A stretch of 64,000 nucleotides of DNA, taken from the NCBI GenBank assembly GCA_050943115.1, contig JBMNON010000004.1:2447-66446 (forward strand), in the 5' to 3' direction. Position numbers and translations under genes: made by a program. This document shows positions 38,333 through 48,969 of the stretch, piece after piece (position 1 is the stretch's first letter; every line of letters begins with the position of its first letter). The notes under the pieces are model-generated. The model saw nothing but the letters and a program-made list of their open reading frames with translations, had not been told where the DNA came from and made no database searches. The stretch comes from Patescibacteria group bacterium (GTDB taxonomy: Bacteria > Patescibacteriota > Microgenomatia > UBA12405).

Positions 38333-38764
38333 ATGCAAGTCAAAATTAAGCGCTTCGATAAAAATCTGCCTTTGCCCGCTTATAAAAGTACCGGTGCTGC
38401 CTGCACTGATCTTTATACTCGGGAAGATGCCATCATTCCCCCGGGAGGAATTTCCTATATCCCCTTAAATATCGCCCTTGAAGTTCCTGCAAGTCACCTG
38501 GCAATTATTGCTCCCAGAAGCTCAACTCACAAAATCGGCATTATGCAAGCCAATGGTATCGGCATTATTGATTCCGATTACTGCGGTGATAACGATGAAT
38601 TGGTTTTTGCAGCTTATAATTTCACCCCAGAATCCGTCAAGATTGAAAAGGGTACCCGTCTTGCCCAACTTATAATATTGGGTTATGAAAACATAGATTT
38701 TAAAGAAACCGATACCTTGGGCAATACTGACAGGGGTGGCTTCGGTTCTACAGGTCAAAAATAA
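38333..38764 (+). CDS. dut: dUTPase
   Basis: GAACTDL, PRSS, GIIDSDYCG, RLAQL, RGGFGSTG. Confidence 0.95.
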   Translation: MQVKIKRFDKNLPLPAYKSTGAACTDLYTREDAIIPPGGISYIPLNIALEVPASHLAIIAPRSSTHKIGIMQANGIGIIDSDYCGDNDELVFAAYNFTPESVKIEKGTRLAQLIILGYENIDFKETDTLGNTDRGGFGSTGQK

Positions 38765-38765
38765 A

Positions 38766-39920
38766 ATGCCTATCCGCCCGCTTGTCGACAGGATAATCAG
38801 AAAATTTGAAACAGGTTACCGGCCTTTCAACTACATCGAATTGTCCCGGTCCAGACTTTTAGCTAATTACGATTATTTTCAAAAATTATGCCCTTCATCA
38901 CAAATTTGGCCGGTACTGAAATCTAATGCTTACGGACATGGCTTACAACCGGTTGTATCGGTACTAAAGGAACGCCAGTTTGAGTATTTTGTTGTCGACA
39001 GCTATCACGAAGCCCTTAAAATTTGGGAAGTCGCTCCCCGCAAGATCCTTTTGATTGCTGCTCTGCATCCGGACAATTTCTCCAACCTTAATTACAAGAA
39101 CCTTACACTTACGATCCAAGACCCTTATTCTCTAAAAAAACTTGCCTCCCTGCGCACTCCGACTAGAATCCATTTAAAAATTAACACTGGTATGTCAAGG
39201 CAGGGAGTTGAGATTGAAGAAATTCCTCAAATCTTGCGGATTATCTTAAAAAATCCGCAAATAGAACTTGAGGGTATCTATTCACACCTTGCTGACGCTG
39301 ACAATACCGATAATTCCTTTACCATGATTCAGGAAAGCAACTTTTTGCGCGCAATAAAACTGGTTCGTCACAATGGTGTTAATCCCAAATTTATCCATCT
39401 GGCAGCTACGTCATCATCTGTCAAAGTCAACCATCATGATTTTAACGCCATCCGTCTGGGCATCGGTCTTTATGGCATTAACCCTCTTAATCCCCGGGAT
39501 CGGGATTACAAGAAATTAGAAGGGATAAAACCAGTGCTTTCATTTAAGTCAACGGTTGTAAAAACACGCACTCTCCAAAAAGGAGATTGTGTAAGTTATA
39601 ACTGTACTTATACTGCTCCTTCCTCAAGAACTATTGGCATAATTCCGGTTGGCTATTATGAGGGTATTAGCCGTCAACTTGGTAATTTTGCATCAGTCAA
39701 ATATCACGATAAATACTATCCGGTAATTGGTTTGGTATGTATGAATATGGCAGTAGTTGATTTTGGTAAAACAACTCCCGCTTTATTTGATGAAGTAGAA
39801 GTTATTAGTGCCGAAAGTGGCGATAAAAATTCCATTATCTCTTACAGTCGAGCCTGCCATGCTACTGCTTATGAATTGTTAGCCCAGCTAAATTCTTCTA
39901 CAAGAAGGCTTTTTGCTTGA
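38766..39920 (+). CDS. alr: Alanine racemase
   Basis: VLKSNAYGHG, HLKINTGMSR.G, IYSHLA, RLGIGLYG, PVGYYEG, G.VCMN; start moved to ATG 38766. Confidence 0.94.
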   Translation: MPIRPLVDRIIRKFETGYRPFNYIELSRSRLLANYDYFQKLCPSSQIWPVLKSNAYGHGLQPVVSVLKERQFEYFVVDSYHEALKIWEVAPRKILLIAALHPDNFSNLNYKNLTLTIQDPYSLKKLASLRTPTRIHLKINTGMSRQGVEIEEIPQILRIILKNPQIELEGIYSHLADADNTDNSFTMIQESNFLRAIKLVRHNGVNPKFIHLAATSSSVKVNHHDFNAIRLGIGLYGINPLNPRDRDYKKLEGIKPVLSFKSTVVKTRTLQKGDCVSYNCTYTAPSSRTIGIIPVGYYEGISRQLGNFASVKYHDKYYPVIGLVCMNMAVVDFGKTTPALFDEVEVISAESGDKNSIISYSRACHATAYELLAQLNSSTRRLFA

Positions 39921-39991
39921 TTATTTCAACACTAAGATATAAATTGGAAAACAGCAACTTTACTTAACCGGAATTATAGTAAAATTAAAGA

Positions 39992-41116
39992 ATGGTTCCT
40001 GTTTATATTCTGCTTGGTATCGTAATAGTCCTTTTGGTCTATTTTATTCTTCGCCAACCCCCCAAAGCCAAAACAGAAGAAATATCCGAGGAGTTTTTCA
40101 ACAAATTCAACGAAAAGTTCCCCGATATAATGAAAAACGCCAATTCCCTCCTTGTTTCCATGGCAGCCCAGAAACTTGATTCTCAAAAGCAGGAAATTGA
40201 AGTTGACCTGGCCAACAAGAAAGAAAATATTGAAAAGATGGTCAAGCAAGTCTTGGATGAGTTAAAAAATAGTTCCAACAAGTTAGAACAAGCCGAAAAA
40301 GACCGTGTAAGCAGCTTTTCCAGCCTTAAAAAATCACTTGAAAATTCAGAAAAGATTACCCAGCATTTATCGGCCACTACCGAAAGTTTAAGCAAAGTCC
40401 TTTCCAACAACCAGCTGCGGGGAGCTTTTGGAGAAAAAGTAGCCGAGGACCTTCTAAAAATGAGCGGGTTTGTTGTTGGCACTGATTATGAAGTAAACAA
40501 GGAGCAATCCACTACTGAAACCCGTCCCGATTTTGCTATTTTACTACCCGACGGAGCCAGGATAAACGTTGATGTTAAATTTCCTTATTCCAGCCTGACA
40601 AAAATGGCAGAAACCTCAGACGAGGAAACCAAAAACCGTTACTTAAAGATGTTTGAGCGGGATGTCAAAGATAAGATTAAACAGGTTTGTACCCGTGATT
40701 ATATCGATCCCGAAAATAAAACAGTTGACTTTGTTATTCTCTTTATCCCAAACGAAATGATATTTTCTTTTATCTACGACAAAATGACCAATGTCTGGGA
40801 AGAAGCCATGAAGAACAAGGTCGTTCTTTGTGGTCCTTTCAGCTTTACCGCAATTTTGCGTATGGTTCGCCAGGCTTACGATAACTTCCGCTATCAGAAC
40901 AATATCCAGCAAATAATAACTTACATCAAGCTTTTTGAAAAAGAGTTCGACAGCTATAATCAGGAATTCGAAAAAATCGGGGATAGGATAGAAAGCCTTT
41001 CCCGTCAGTACAACACTGTTAGTACTACCAGGACCAGGCAGCTTCTAAAAGTCGTTGACCGTATAAAAATAGAAGACTCCAATCAGAAATCATCTGTATT
41101 GGAATTGGAAAAATGA
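39992..41116 (+). CDS. rmuC: DNA recombination protein RmuC
   Basis: N-terminal TM, coiled coil, RGAFGE, RPDF.I.LP, VDVKFP, FVILFIPNE. Confidence 0.9.
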   Translation: MVPVYILLGIVIVLLVYFILRQPPKAKTEEISEEFFNKFNEKFPDIMKNANSLLVSMAAQKLDSQKQEIEVDLANKKENIEKMVKQVLDELKNSSNKLEQAEKDRVSSFSSLKKSLENSEKITQHLSATTESLSKVLSNNQLRGAFGEKVAEDLLKMSGFVVGTDYEVNKEQSTTETRPDFAILLPDGARINVDVKFPYSSLTKMAETSDEETKNRYLKMFERDVKDKIKQVCTRDYIDPENKTVDFVILFIPNEMIFSFIYDKMTNVWEEAMKNKVVLCGPFSFTAILRMVRQAYDNFRYQNNIQQIITYIKLFEKEFDSYNQEFEKIGDRIESLSRQYNTVSTTRTRQLLKVVDRIKIEDSNQKSSVLELEK

Positions 41117-41415
41117 TCAAATACCTGGTTTTAAACCGCTGGCCGATATTTACCCTGTCCTTTCTCATAATATTACTCATATTTGTCTCCTCAGTTCCGC
41201 CTTCGGGTATAACTGCTTACCTCATATTTTTCTTTCTTCTTTTCTCGTTTTTCTTGTCTTTCACATTTATATTTACTCGCCGCATAAAAACAAACATCCT
41301 GATCGCTTTCTTCCTATTATCTGTTACCCTGATGTTTTTCTTTAACCTTGATAATCTGGTTAACATTTTCCTTTTAGCGGCTCTCTTCGTTGCCCTCTAC
41401 TTCTTATCTAAGTAA
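41113..41415 (+). CDS. Small multi-TM hypothetical protein
   Basis: Almost wholly hydrophobic, about 4 TMs; ATGA overlap with rmuC. Confidence 0.65.
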   Translation: MIKYLVLNRWPIFTLSFLIILLIFVSSVPPSGITAYLIFFFLLFSFFLSFTFIFTRRIKTNILIAFFLLSVTLMFFFNLDNLVNIFLLAALFVALYFLSK

Positions 41416-41426
41416 TCAATTAGCCC

Positions 41427-41455
41427 TTGACACCCGCTAGCACTCGACTTATTAT
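41427..41455 (+). promoter_or_regulatory. Sigma70 promoter of the hrcA operon
   Basis: TTGACA (41427-41432), 17-nt spacer, TATTAT (41450-41455). Confidence 0.75.
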
Positions 41456-41463
41456 ATTGCTAA
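41437..41463. promoter_or_regulatory. CIRCE element (HrcA operator)
   Basis: CTAGCACTC-N9-TATTGCTAA versus consensus TTAGCACTC-N9-GAGTGCTAA (8/9 and 7/9), directly before hrcA. Confidence 0.85.
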
Positions 41464-41464
41464 T

Positions 41465-42205
41465 ATGGCTGATTTAACTCAAAGACAAATAAAAATTCTT
41501 AAATGTATCACGGAAGAGTTTATTGAGACCGCCAGTCCGGTCGGGTCTGAAACATTAGAGAAAAAATACTCGCTTGGCATATCTTCGGCAACTATTAGAA
41601 ATGAAATGTCAGCCCTAACTCAATTGGGCTACCTCAAGAAAAGCCATTTGTCTTCCGGACGTGCCCCCACCTCCATCGGTCTCAAGTACTATGTTAGAAA
41701 TCTTATGACTCCTAAATCTCTTTCTATCAGCGAGGAAATTGGTGCCAAAGAAAAAATATGGGACTATCGGAATGAGTTTGAAAAATTACTTCGAGAAGCC
41801 ACCAAAGAATTGGCTTCACGTACCCGATCCATGGCTATAGCCACCACCGACCAGGGTAATCTTTATAGTTATGGAGCTTCCAATCTTCTTGAAGAACCCG
41901 AATTCTACAATATCGACGTTACCAAAACGGTTCTCTCCCTTGTTGACAATGTAAACTATTGGTTTGATATTTTAAACAAAGCCGAATCTGTCCAAAACCC
42001 CACCGGCGAGGAATTTGTCCACCTTCTGATTGGAGAAGATTTGGGTATGGAACATTTGGAGCCTTGCGGCTTTGTTTATCAGACTTACGAAGCCGGCCCT
42101 CACCGCGGTATTATGGGCATAGTCGGACCGGCTCGCTTCCGCTATACCGTAATTGTTCCCATAGTTGACTATTTTGCCGAACTCGTTTCCACCGTTACCC
42201 GTTAA
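41465..42205 (+). CDS. hrcA: Heat-inducible transcription repressor HrcA (short form)
   Basis: LT.RQ..IL, PVGS..L, SSATIRNEM, SSGR.PT..G, GIVGP.R..Y. Confidence 0.92.
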   Translation: MADLTQRQIKILKCITEEFIETASPVGSETLEKKYSLGISSATIRNEMSALTQLGYLKKSHLSSGRAPTSIGLKYYVRNLMTPKSLSISEEIGAKEKIWDYRNEFEKLLREATKELASRTRSMAIATTDQGNLYSYGASNLLEEPEFYNIDVTKTVLSLVDNVNYWFDILNKAESVQNPTGEEFVHLLIGEDLGMEHLEPCGFVYQTYEAGPHRGIMGIVGPARFRYTVIVPIVDYFAELVSTVTR

Positions 42206-42213
42206 TCACAAAT

Positions 42214-42681
42214 ATGTCTCAAGAAAAGAAAGGAAAAACCACTAAAAAAGTTAACAGCGCCAAATTAAGCCATTTGGAGGAACAGATATCGGAGCTGAAG
42301 GAAAAATTAGCCAGGTCTCTTGCCGACTATTCTAATCTGGAAAAAAGAATCGATAGCCAGAAACAGCTTTTTGTAACCTTGGCTACCACCGGTATACTGA
42401 CCAAGATGGTGGAAGTTCTCGATGACTTTTATTTAGCTCAGAATCACCTTGGCGATCCCGGTCTGCAGATGGCCATAGACAAATTCCTTGCTGTGCTTAA
42501 ATCTGAAGGCCTGGAAGAAATCGACGCTCTCGGCAAGGAGTTCGATCCAAAAACCATGGACTGTGTTGACGTTACTGAAGGTACTCAGGATTATGTTGTC
42601 GAAATCAGGAAAAAAGGTTATTTGTTAAATGATCACGTTCTCCGTCCGGCTCATGTAGTCGTTGGCAGAGAAACTAATTAA
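42214..42681 (+). CDS. grpE: Nucleotide exchange factor GrpE
   Basis: RSLADYSNLEKR, FDP, KGY.L...VLRPA.V.V. Confidence 0.94.
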   Translation: MSQEKKGKTTKKVNSAKLSHLEEQISELKEKLARSLADYSNLEKRIDSQKQLFVTLATTGILTKMVEVLDDFYLAQNHLGDPGLQMAIDKFLAVLKSEGLEEIDALGKEFDPKTMDCVDVTEGTQDYVVEIRKKGYLLNDHVLRPAHVVVGRETN

Positions 42682-42706
42682 TAATTTATTAATTAAATTT
42701 TAAATT

Positions 42707-44608
42707 ATGGCAAATAAAATAATTGGAATCGATTTAGGTACCACAAACTCCTGCGTTGCTGTTATGGAAGGTGGTAACCCAAAAGTTATCCTCACTTCAG
42801 AAGGAAGGAACCTCATTCCTTCAGTTGTTGAACCGGTTAAAGGATTGGTGGGTGATCTTGCCAAAAGGCAAATGGTCCTTAACCCTGAAAATACAATTTA
42901 CAGTATTAAAAGGCTAATGGGTCGGCGCATTGACGATCCTGAGGTTGAAAAAACCAAAAAATCCGTGCCTTATAAAAATGTATCCGGAAAAGATAATACT
43001 GCCTCGGTCGAAGTAAATGGCAAGCAATATACTCCTCAGGAGATATCGGCCATGATTCTCCAGAAAGCCAAATCTGATGCTGAAAAATACTTGGGCGAGA
43101 AAGTCACTGATGCCGTTGTCACCGTTCCGGCTTATTTTGATGATTCCCAGCGTCAGGCTACCAAGCAGGCAGGTGAAATTGCTGGTCTTAGCGTCAAGCG
43201 CATAGTCAACGAACCTACAGCTGCAGCTCTGGCTTATGGTTTGGATAAAAAAAATAGCGGTTTAATTGCTGTTTACGATTTAGGCGGGGGTACTTTTGAT
43301 ATTTCCATCCTGGAAATTGGCGAAGGGGTATTTGAAGTAAAAGCCACTAACGGCGATACCTTCCTTGGCGGCGATGACTTTGACAATCGGATTATTGACT
43401 GGCTTCTTGATAATTTTCAAAAAGATAACGGCGTTGATCTTCGCAGCGATCCGCAAGCCCTTCAAAGGGTTAGGGAAGCTGCCGAGAAAGCCAAAATCGA
43501 GCTTTCCAGCACCAATCAAACTGAAATTAACTTGCCTTTTATAACTCAAAAGGAAGGCCAGCCTCTCCACTTGACAGCTACCCTTAGCCGTTCCGAGTTG
43601 GAAAAACTGGTCGATGACTTAATCCAGAAAACTATTACCCCTGTTGAGCAGTGTCTCAAAGATGCTGGCGTTTCCAAATCGGACATCACCGATATCTTGA
43701 TGGTGGGTGGCATGACCCGCATGCCCAAAGTCCAGCAGGTAGTCAAAGATTTCTTTGGCAAAGAACTTAATACTACCGTCAATCCTGATGAGGTTGTCGC
43801 TATCGGAGCAGCCGTCCAGGGTGCTGTTTTAACCGGCGAGGTAAAAGATGTGGTTCTCTTGGACGTCACCCCGCTTACTCTTGGAATTGAAACTGCCGGT
43901 GGAGTTAGGACACCCCTTATAGAAAGAAACACCACCGTACCCACCAAGAAATCCCAAATATTCACTACATATTCTGACAACCAACCACAGGTGGAAATTA
44001 ACGTATTGCAGGGTGAAAGGCCTATGGCTACCGACAATAAATCACTGGGCCGTTTCGTTCTCGACGGTATCGCTCCTGCTCCACGTGGCGTCCCACAGAT
44101 CGAAGTCACCTTCGATATCGACAGTAATGGCATTCTCAATGTTTCTGCCAAAGATAAGGGCACAAACAAAGAACAGAAGATTACGATTCAAAATGCCACT
44201 AATTTGTCCCAAGAGGAAGTGGAGACTATGAAGGCAGAAGCTGAAAAGTTTGCTGCCCAGGACGAAGAGAAAAAGCAGCTTGTTGAATCCAGAAACAGGC
44301 TTGATTCCACCATCTTTTCCGCCGAAAAAACTCTCAAGGATTTGGGTGACAAAATAAAGGCCGAGGATAAGGTCAAAGTCGAGGAAAAGCTAAAACAAGC
44401 CAAAGATGTTATGGTCAAAACCGATGTCAAAAAAGACGAACTCGACAAAACTACTGAGGAATTAAGTCAAATCCTTCAAACAGTCGGAGCGGCCTTTTAT
44501 CAGCAGGGTGAACAACCCGGCCAACAACCCGGTCCGCAGGATAATCAGGAGAAAGAAGATGGCAAGGATAAAAAGGACGAACCCGAGGAAGGTGAGGTCG
44601 TCAGCTAA
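42707..44608 (+). CDS. dnaK: Chaperone DnaK
   Basis: [39 protein letters not shown]. Confidence 0.98.
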   Translation: MANKIIGIDLGTTNSCVAVMEGGNPKVILTSEGRNLIPSVVEPVKGLVGDLAKRQMVLNPENTIYSIKRLMGRRIDDPEVEKTKKSVPYKNVSGKDNTASVEVNGKQYTPQEISAMILQKAKSDAEKYLGEKVTDAVVTVPAYFDDSQRQATKQAGEIAGLSVKRIVNEPTAAALAYGLDKKNSGLIAVYDLGGGTFDISILEIGEGVFEVKATNGDTFLGGDDFDNRIIDWLLDNFQKDNGVDLRSDPQALQRVREAAEKAKIELSSTNQTEINLPFITQKEGQPLHLTATLSRSELEKLVDDLIQKTITPVEQCLKDAGVSKSDITDILMVGGMTRMPKVQQVVKDFFGKELNTTVNPDEVVAIGAAVQGAVLTGEVKDVVLLDVTPLTLGIETAGGVRTPLIERNTTVPTKKSQIFTTYSDNQPQVEINVLQGERPMATDNKSLGRFVLDGIAPAPRGVPQIEVTFDIDSNGILNVSAKDKGTNKEQKITIQNATNLSQEEVETMKAEAEKFAAQDEEKKQLVESRNRLDSTIFSAEKTLKDLGDKIKAEDKVKVEEKLKQAKDVMVKTDVKKDELDKTTEELSQILQTVGAAFYQQGEQPGQQPGPQDNQEKEDGKDKKDEPEEGEVVS

Positions 44609-44614
44609 TCAAAA

Positions 44615-44636
44615 CCGTCCGGGAATTCCCGGACGG
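44615..44636. other. Perfect palindromic hairpin between dnaK and dnaJ
   Basis: CCGTCCGGGAATTCCCGGACGG is self-complementary; no U-tract follows. Confidence 0.8.
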
Positions 44637-44652
44637 GATAAAATATAAACTT

Positions 44653-45504
44653 ATGAAACGAGATTATTATGAAGTCTTGGGTGTTTCCAAGAATGCCAGC
44701 AGTGATGAGATCAAAAAAGCTTACCGTAAGCTTGCCTTGGAGTATCATCCTGACCGCAACAAATCTTCTGATGCCGAAGAAAAATTTAAGGAAATCAACG
44801 AGGCTTATGAAGTTCTAAGTAACGACCAGAAAAAACAAGCATATGATCAATTTGGGCATGCCGCTTTCGACCCCAATTCCGGACCTTTTGGCGGCCATAC
44901 CTACACCAGGCAAAACGGTCCTTTCAACTTTACCTACACAACTAGTGGCAACCCTTTCGGGGAAGCGGATTTTGACTTTGGCGGCTTTAGCAATCCTTTC
45001 GACATCTTCGAGCAGTTTTTCGGCACCTCTTTTGGTCGGGATAGAGGACCGCGCTTGCCCACCTATAAAATCCAGGTAAGTTTTCTTGAAGCTGCTAACG
45101 GAGTTGAAAAGGAAGTCATTGTTGATGGAAAAAAGACCAAGGTTAAAATTCCGGCGGGTATCGACGACGGTCAGAGGATAAAATTTAAAGATTTTTATCT
45201 TTACGTGGACGTCCTCCCTAACGACACTTTTCAGCGTGAGGGTAATAACGTTTTTGTTACCAAAGCAATTAGCTTCTCACAAGCGGCTCTTGGAGCTGAT
45301 ATCGAGGTCCCCACCCTAACTGGCAGTCTAAAAGTAAAAGTCCGGCCGGGTACCCAACCCAACACTTTAATTAGGCTAAGAGGCAAGGGGATTAAGGATA
45401 TCGGTGGCTACGGATACGGTGATTTGTATATTCGTCTTCAGGTGGAGGTTCCCACCCGGCTCTCAAATAAACAAAAAGAATTACTCAAAGAACTGGGTTT
45501 GTAG
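44653..45504 (+). CDS. dnaJ: DnaJ-class chaperone without zinc finger (class B)
   Basis: J-domain with HPD, G/F region, DIF motif, C-terminal domain; no CxxCxGxG repeats. Confidence 0.9.
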   Translation: MKRDYYEVLGVSKNASSDEIKKAYRKLALEYHPDRNKSSDAEEKFKEINEAYEVLSNDQKKQAYDQFGHAAFDPNSGPFGGHTYTRQNGPFNFTYTTSGNPFGEADFDFGGFSNPFDIFEQFFGTSFGRDRGPRLPTYKIQVSFLEAANGVEKEVIVDGKKTKVKIPAGIDDGQRIKFKDFYLYVDVLPNDTFQREGNNVFVTKAISFSQAALGADIEVPTLTGSLKVKVRPGTQPNTLIRLRGKGIKDIGGYGYGDLYIRLQVEVPTRLSNKQKELLKELGL

Positions 45505-45561
45505 ATATTTTAGGTTTGTATCTTAAACACATCCTTTGTTATAATATCTCAGATTAAATTT

Positions 45562-45606
45562 GTGTAATTGGAATGGGGGCGTGACAGTCCCCATTTTTGT
45601 TTACAC
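45562..45606 (+). terminator. nusA 5' leader attenuator (rimP-leader-like)
   Basis: After TGtTATAAT (45537-45545): AATGGGGGC-GTGACA-GTCCCCATT then TTTGTTT; outer GTGTAA/TTACAC pairing; AGGAG SD at 45611. Confidence 0.7.
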
Positions 45607-45621
45607 CTCAAGGAGAAAATT

Positions 45622-46608
45622 ATGGATTTAAAAAGATTACCAAAAACAGAATTTGCTGCTGCTGTAGCTCAAATTGCCGGTGAGCGTAATATTGACATTC
45701 AGGCAATCCTGGATTCTATCGAACTCGGTCTAGTATCTGCCTATAGAAGAGATCAGAAAGAGCATGGGATTATCGTTCCCGAAGAAGATATCTTTACGGT
45801 TGAACTGTCACCGGAAACTGGTTCTTTCCGGGTTTACAAGGTCGATGATGATCAAAAAACTGATGTTACACCCCCAGGATTCGGGCGTATTGCTGCTCAA
45901 ACTGCCAAACAGGTTATTGATCAAAAGATCCGTGAAGCTGAGAAGGAGGTCCTAATCTCAGAATATGAAAAGAAAATCGGTACTCTTCTTCCCGGAACTA
46001 TTTTGCACATCGATCCTTTTAAAGCCAGTGTCGGTATCGGCAAGGCTGAAGGTATCTATCCCAAGGAAGAACAGGTAAGAAATGAAGCCCTAACACTGGG
46101 TACTAGAAAACTATTTCTATTAAAAGAAATAAGTGAGATGGAAACCGGCCGTAAAGATATAATCTTATCCCGCAAGGATCCAGAATTTATTCGTCAACTC
46201 TTCGCCCGAGAGGTACCCGAAGTCGGCAATCATACCGTCATCATTGAAAAAATTGCCCGTACTCCCGGGGTCAGAACCAAGGTTGCCGTGTCTTCTACTC
46301 AGCCGGGAGTTGATCCTGTTGGTTCCTGTATCGGCCAAAAGGGTTCTCGGATACAATCAGTATTAAACGAGCTGCCTGAAGATGAGAAGGTCGATGTTGT
46401 TCCCTTCTCAAAAAACTTAAGCCAGTTTATTGTTCAGGCTCTCTCTCCGGCTGAAGGGGTAAAAGTTGAATCTATTCAAAACGGTATTGCCCTGGTTACC
46501 GTCCCAGAAGATCAGCAAGCCCTAGCTATCGGTGGCGGGGGTGAGAATGTCCACTTGGCAGGTGAATTGGCCGGTGTGGAAATTAAAATCGAAGCAGAGA
46601 AAAAGTAA
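45622..46608 (+). CDS. nusA: Transcription termination factor NusA
   Basis: FGRIAAQTAKQVI, LF..EVPE, AR.PG.RTKVAV, DPVGSCIG..GSR, ALSPA; start moved to ATG 45622 (SD AGGAG). Confidence 0.96.
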   Translation: MDLKRLPKTEFAAAVAQIAGERNIDIQAILDSIELGLVSAYRRDQKEHGIIVPEEDIFTVELSPETGSFRVYKVDDDQKTDVTPPGFGRIAAQTAKQVIDQKIREAEKEVLISEYEKKIGTLLPGTILHIDPFKASVGIGKAEGIYPKEEQVRNEALTLGTRKLFLLKEISEMETGRKDIILSRKDPEFIRQLFAREVPEVGNHTVIIEKIARTPGVRTKVAVSSTQPGVDPVGSCIGQKGSRIQSVLNELPEDEKVDVVPFSKNLSQFIVQALSPAEGVKVESIQNGIALVTVPEDQQALAIGGGGENVHLAGELAGVEIKIEAEKK

Positions 46609-46665
46609 TTTTTCTCAAATAAAAATTTTTAGGTTTAATCTTAGCCTTAATAGGATGGGAGTTCT

Positions 46666-48123
46666 ATGGAAAACACTAACGCAAAAACAAAAATAAAAAC
46701 ACTATTCAGACCACCCGTCGTTGCCCTGATGGGCCACATTGATCACGGAAAAACTTCACTGTTAGATAAAATTCGGGCCACCAACACCTGGAAAAGGGAG
46801 GTTGGTGGGATTACTCAGCATATTGGGGCATACCAGGCCGCCGTCAAAGAAAAAGACGGTCAGGAAAAGCTGATAACCTTTATCGATACTCCCGGCCACG
46901 CTGCTTTTATTAATATGCGGGCCAGGGGCGCCCAGGCTACCGATCTGGTCGTCCTGGTCATTGCCGCCACCGAAGGTGTGATGGCTCAAACCAAAGAGTG
47001 TCTGCGACACATCAAAGACGCCAGCCTTCCCTTTATTGTTGCCATGAATAAGATGGATCTTCCCGGAAGCCAACCCGATAAAGTCAAAGGTCAACTGGTA
47101 GAAATGGGGTACACCCCCGAAGAATACGGAGGACAGCTTGCAGTAATACCCGTTTCTGCCAAAACCGGAGAGGGAATTGATGATCTTTTAAGTATGATTC
47201 TTCTTAACGCAGAAATTATGGAGTTGAAATCAGAACCCGATGCTTCTGTGGAGGCCATTGTTATCGAGTCAAAAGTTGACAAAAGAAAAGGTCCTGTCGC
47301 CTCGGCTATTGTTAAAAAGGGCACTCTTCGCCTAGGAGACCAGATTTATGCTGAGAACATCCCTTGCAAAATCAAAGCCATGGTTGACTATACCGGCAGC
47401 AACATCAAAGAAGCCGGTCCTGGTACTCCAGTTGAAATCTTGGGGTTCCAGCAAGTTCCCGCTGTTGGTAGCCTTATAACCACTCAAGCCAAAGCGGTTG
47501 AAGTGGAAAAAGAAGTGGCTCAGGCACGGACTACAATAGTAGACGAGGAAACGCCAAAGCTTCCGGTAATTATAAAGGCCGATACCGAAGGCACCCTTGA
47601 AGCTCTTTTGGGTAGTTTTTCTGATGATGTTCTTATAATATTTTCCGGCATTGGTCCGGTTACTGATAACGATGTTTTTATGGCTCAAACCTCAGGCGCT
47701 CAAATTTTTGCCTTCGATGTCAAGACTCCTTCTTTTATCCATAAGTTAGCCGAAAATAATGGTGTTAGGGTTATGGAGTCCAGGGTTATTTATGAAATAA
47801 TCGATGATATTCAGGCCCAGGTCCTAAAAATACTTGAACCCACTATTGATGAAACTATACTTGGCGAAGGTATTGTCAAAGCTGAATTCAAAATTAATAA
47901 AGTTAGGATTGCCGGAGTTGAAGTAACCAAGGGTGAAATTGTCAAGAGCGCCCCGGTCCACATCAAAAGGAACGGTAAAATCATCAAGGACACCAAAATC
48001 GACACCCTCAAGCAAGGCAAGGAGGATGTCGAAAAAGTAAAAATGGGGAACGATTGTGGCATAACATTCAAGCCTTATGTTGATTTTAAGGAAAATGATG
48101 TTATAATATCCTATAACAAATAA
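46666..48123 (+). CDS. infB: Translation initiation factor IF-2 (minimal, no N-terminal domain)
   Basis: [43 protein letters not shown]. Confidence 0.95.
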   Translation: MENTNAKTKIKTLFRPPVVALMGHIDHGKTSLLDKIRATNTWKREVGGITQHIGAYQAAVKEKDGQEKLITFIDTPGHAAFINMRARGAQATDLVVLVIAATEGVMAQTKECLRHIKDASLPFIVAMNKMDLPGSQPDKVKGQLVEMGYTPEEYGGQLAVIPVSAKTGEGIDDLLSMILLNAEIMELKSEPDASVEAIVIESKVDKRKGPVASAIVKKGTLRLGDQIYAENIPCKIKAMVDYTGSNIKEAGPGTPVEILGFQQVPAVGSLITTQAKAVEVEKEVAQARTTIVDEETPKLPVIIKADTEGTLEALLGSFSDDVLIIFSGIGPVTDNDVFMAQTSGAQIFAFDVKTPSFIHKLAENNGVRVMESRVIYEIIDDIQAQVLKILEPTIDETILGEGIVKAEFKINKVRIAGVEVTKGEIVKSAPVHIKRNGKIIKDTKIDTLKQGKEDVEKVKMGNDCGITFKPYVDFKENDVIISYNK

Positions 48124-48126
48124 TTA

Positions 48127-48969
48127 ATGTCTCAAAATAACATGAATTTGAGCCAAAATAACCGCTCGGTTATCGAAGAGACAGGTAATCTTAAAAAATT
48201 TGGAAGCAGGCCAAATATGAAAAACTATAAAGTTGATTCCATCAAAAACTTAATTGACGGTGCCAAAAGCGCTCTGATTGTTGTCCCTGAACTAAACATC
48301 GATAGTGCCGGAGCTGCTCTTGCCTTAGCTTTACTTTTAAAAAAACAGGGCAAGCAGGTTCAGGTTTACTCGCCTCAATCTACCGACAATAATTATTCCA
48401 GGTTAGCCGGTCTCGATCTCTTAACCAACAATTTAACCAGCAGCGATTTGATTATTTCCCTCAATTATCCTCTGGATCAAATTGACCAGGTTTCTTATAA
48501 CGACGATGGCGGTAAATTGAATTTGGTTGTTAAGACCAAAGACAACGCCCCGAAAATCGAAAACGATAGTATCATCGTCAACAACCAGTCATCCGTTGCC
48601 GATGTCAATATTATGCTTGGTGACGAAACTAAATTGGAAAATCAGGAGATCATCAAAAAGGGTAATTGGGTACTAATCACTCCTCAAAACGTTAGTAAAG
48701 ACTGGCCAAAAGCTACTTTAGTCGACCCCGATGCCCCTTACTCTGAAATCTTCACCTTCTTACTGCCCATGCTTGGATTAGATTTGGACACCGATTCAGG
48801 CAAGGACCTATTAATTGGTTTAAGAGTTGCCACCCAGTCTTTTTCCGTTAATGTCTCACCCGAAACATTTGAAGCTGGCGCCATTAACTTGAGGGCTACT
48901 CAGCCTCCCGCCGAGTCTTCTTCAAATCAGGGTGGTAATCCCGAGCCCTCATCTGTATCCACAGTCTAA
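48127..48969 (+). CDS. Degenerate DHH/NrnA-like protein (start may be ATG 48217)
   Basis: NIDSAGAALAL, SEIF..LL, LL.GL..AT.SF...SPETFE match a DHH scaffold, but DHH and DTG motifs are absent. Confidence 0.6.
   Translation: MSQNNMNLSQNNRSVIEETGNLKKFGSRPNMKNYKVDSIKNLIDGAKSALIVVPELNIDSAGAALALALLLKKQGKQVQVYSPQSTDNNYSRLAGLDLLTNNLTSSDLIISLNYPLDQIDQVSYNDDGGKLNLVVKTKDNAPKIENDSIIVNNQSSVADVNIMLGDETKLENQEIIKKGNWVLITPQNVSKDWPKATLVDPDAPYSEIFTFLLPMLGLDLDTDSGKDLLIGLRVATQSFSVNVSPETFEAGAINLRATQPPAESSSNQGGNPEPSSVSTV

Noticed and set aside
43546-44169. 207-aa ORF antisense to dnaK
   Set aside because: Long antisense ORFs are a known by-product of dnaK codon patterns; no independent signals
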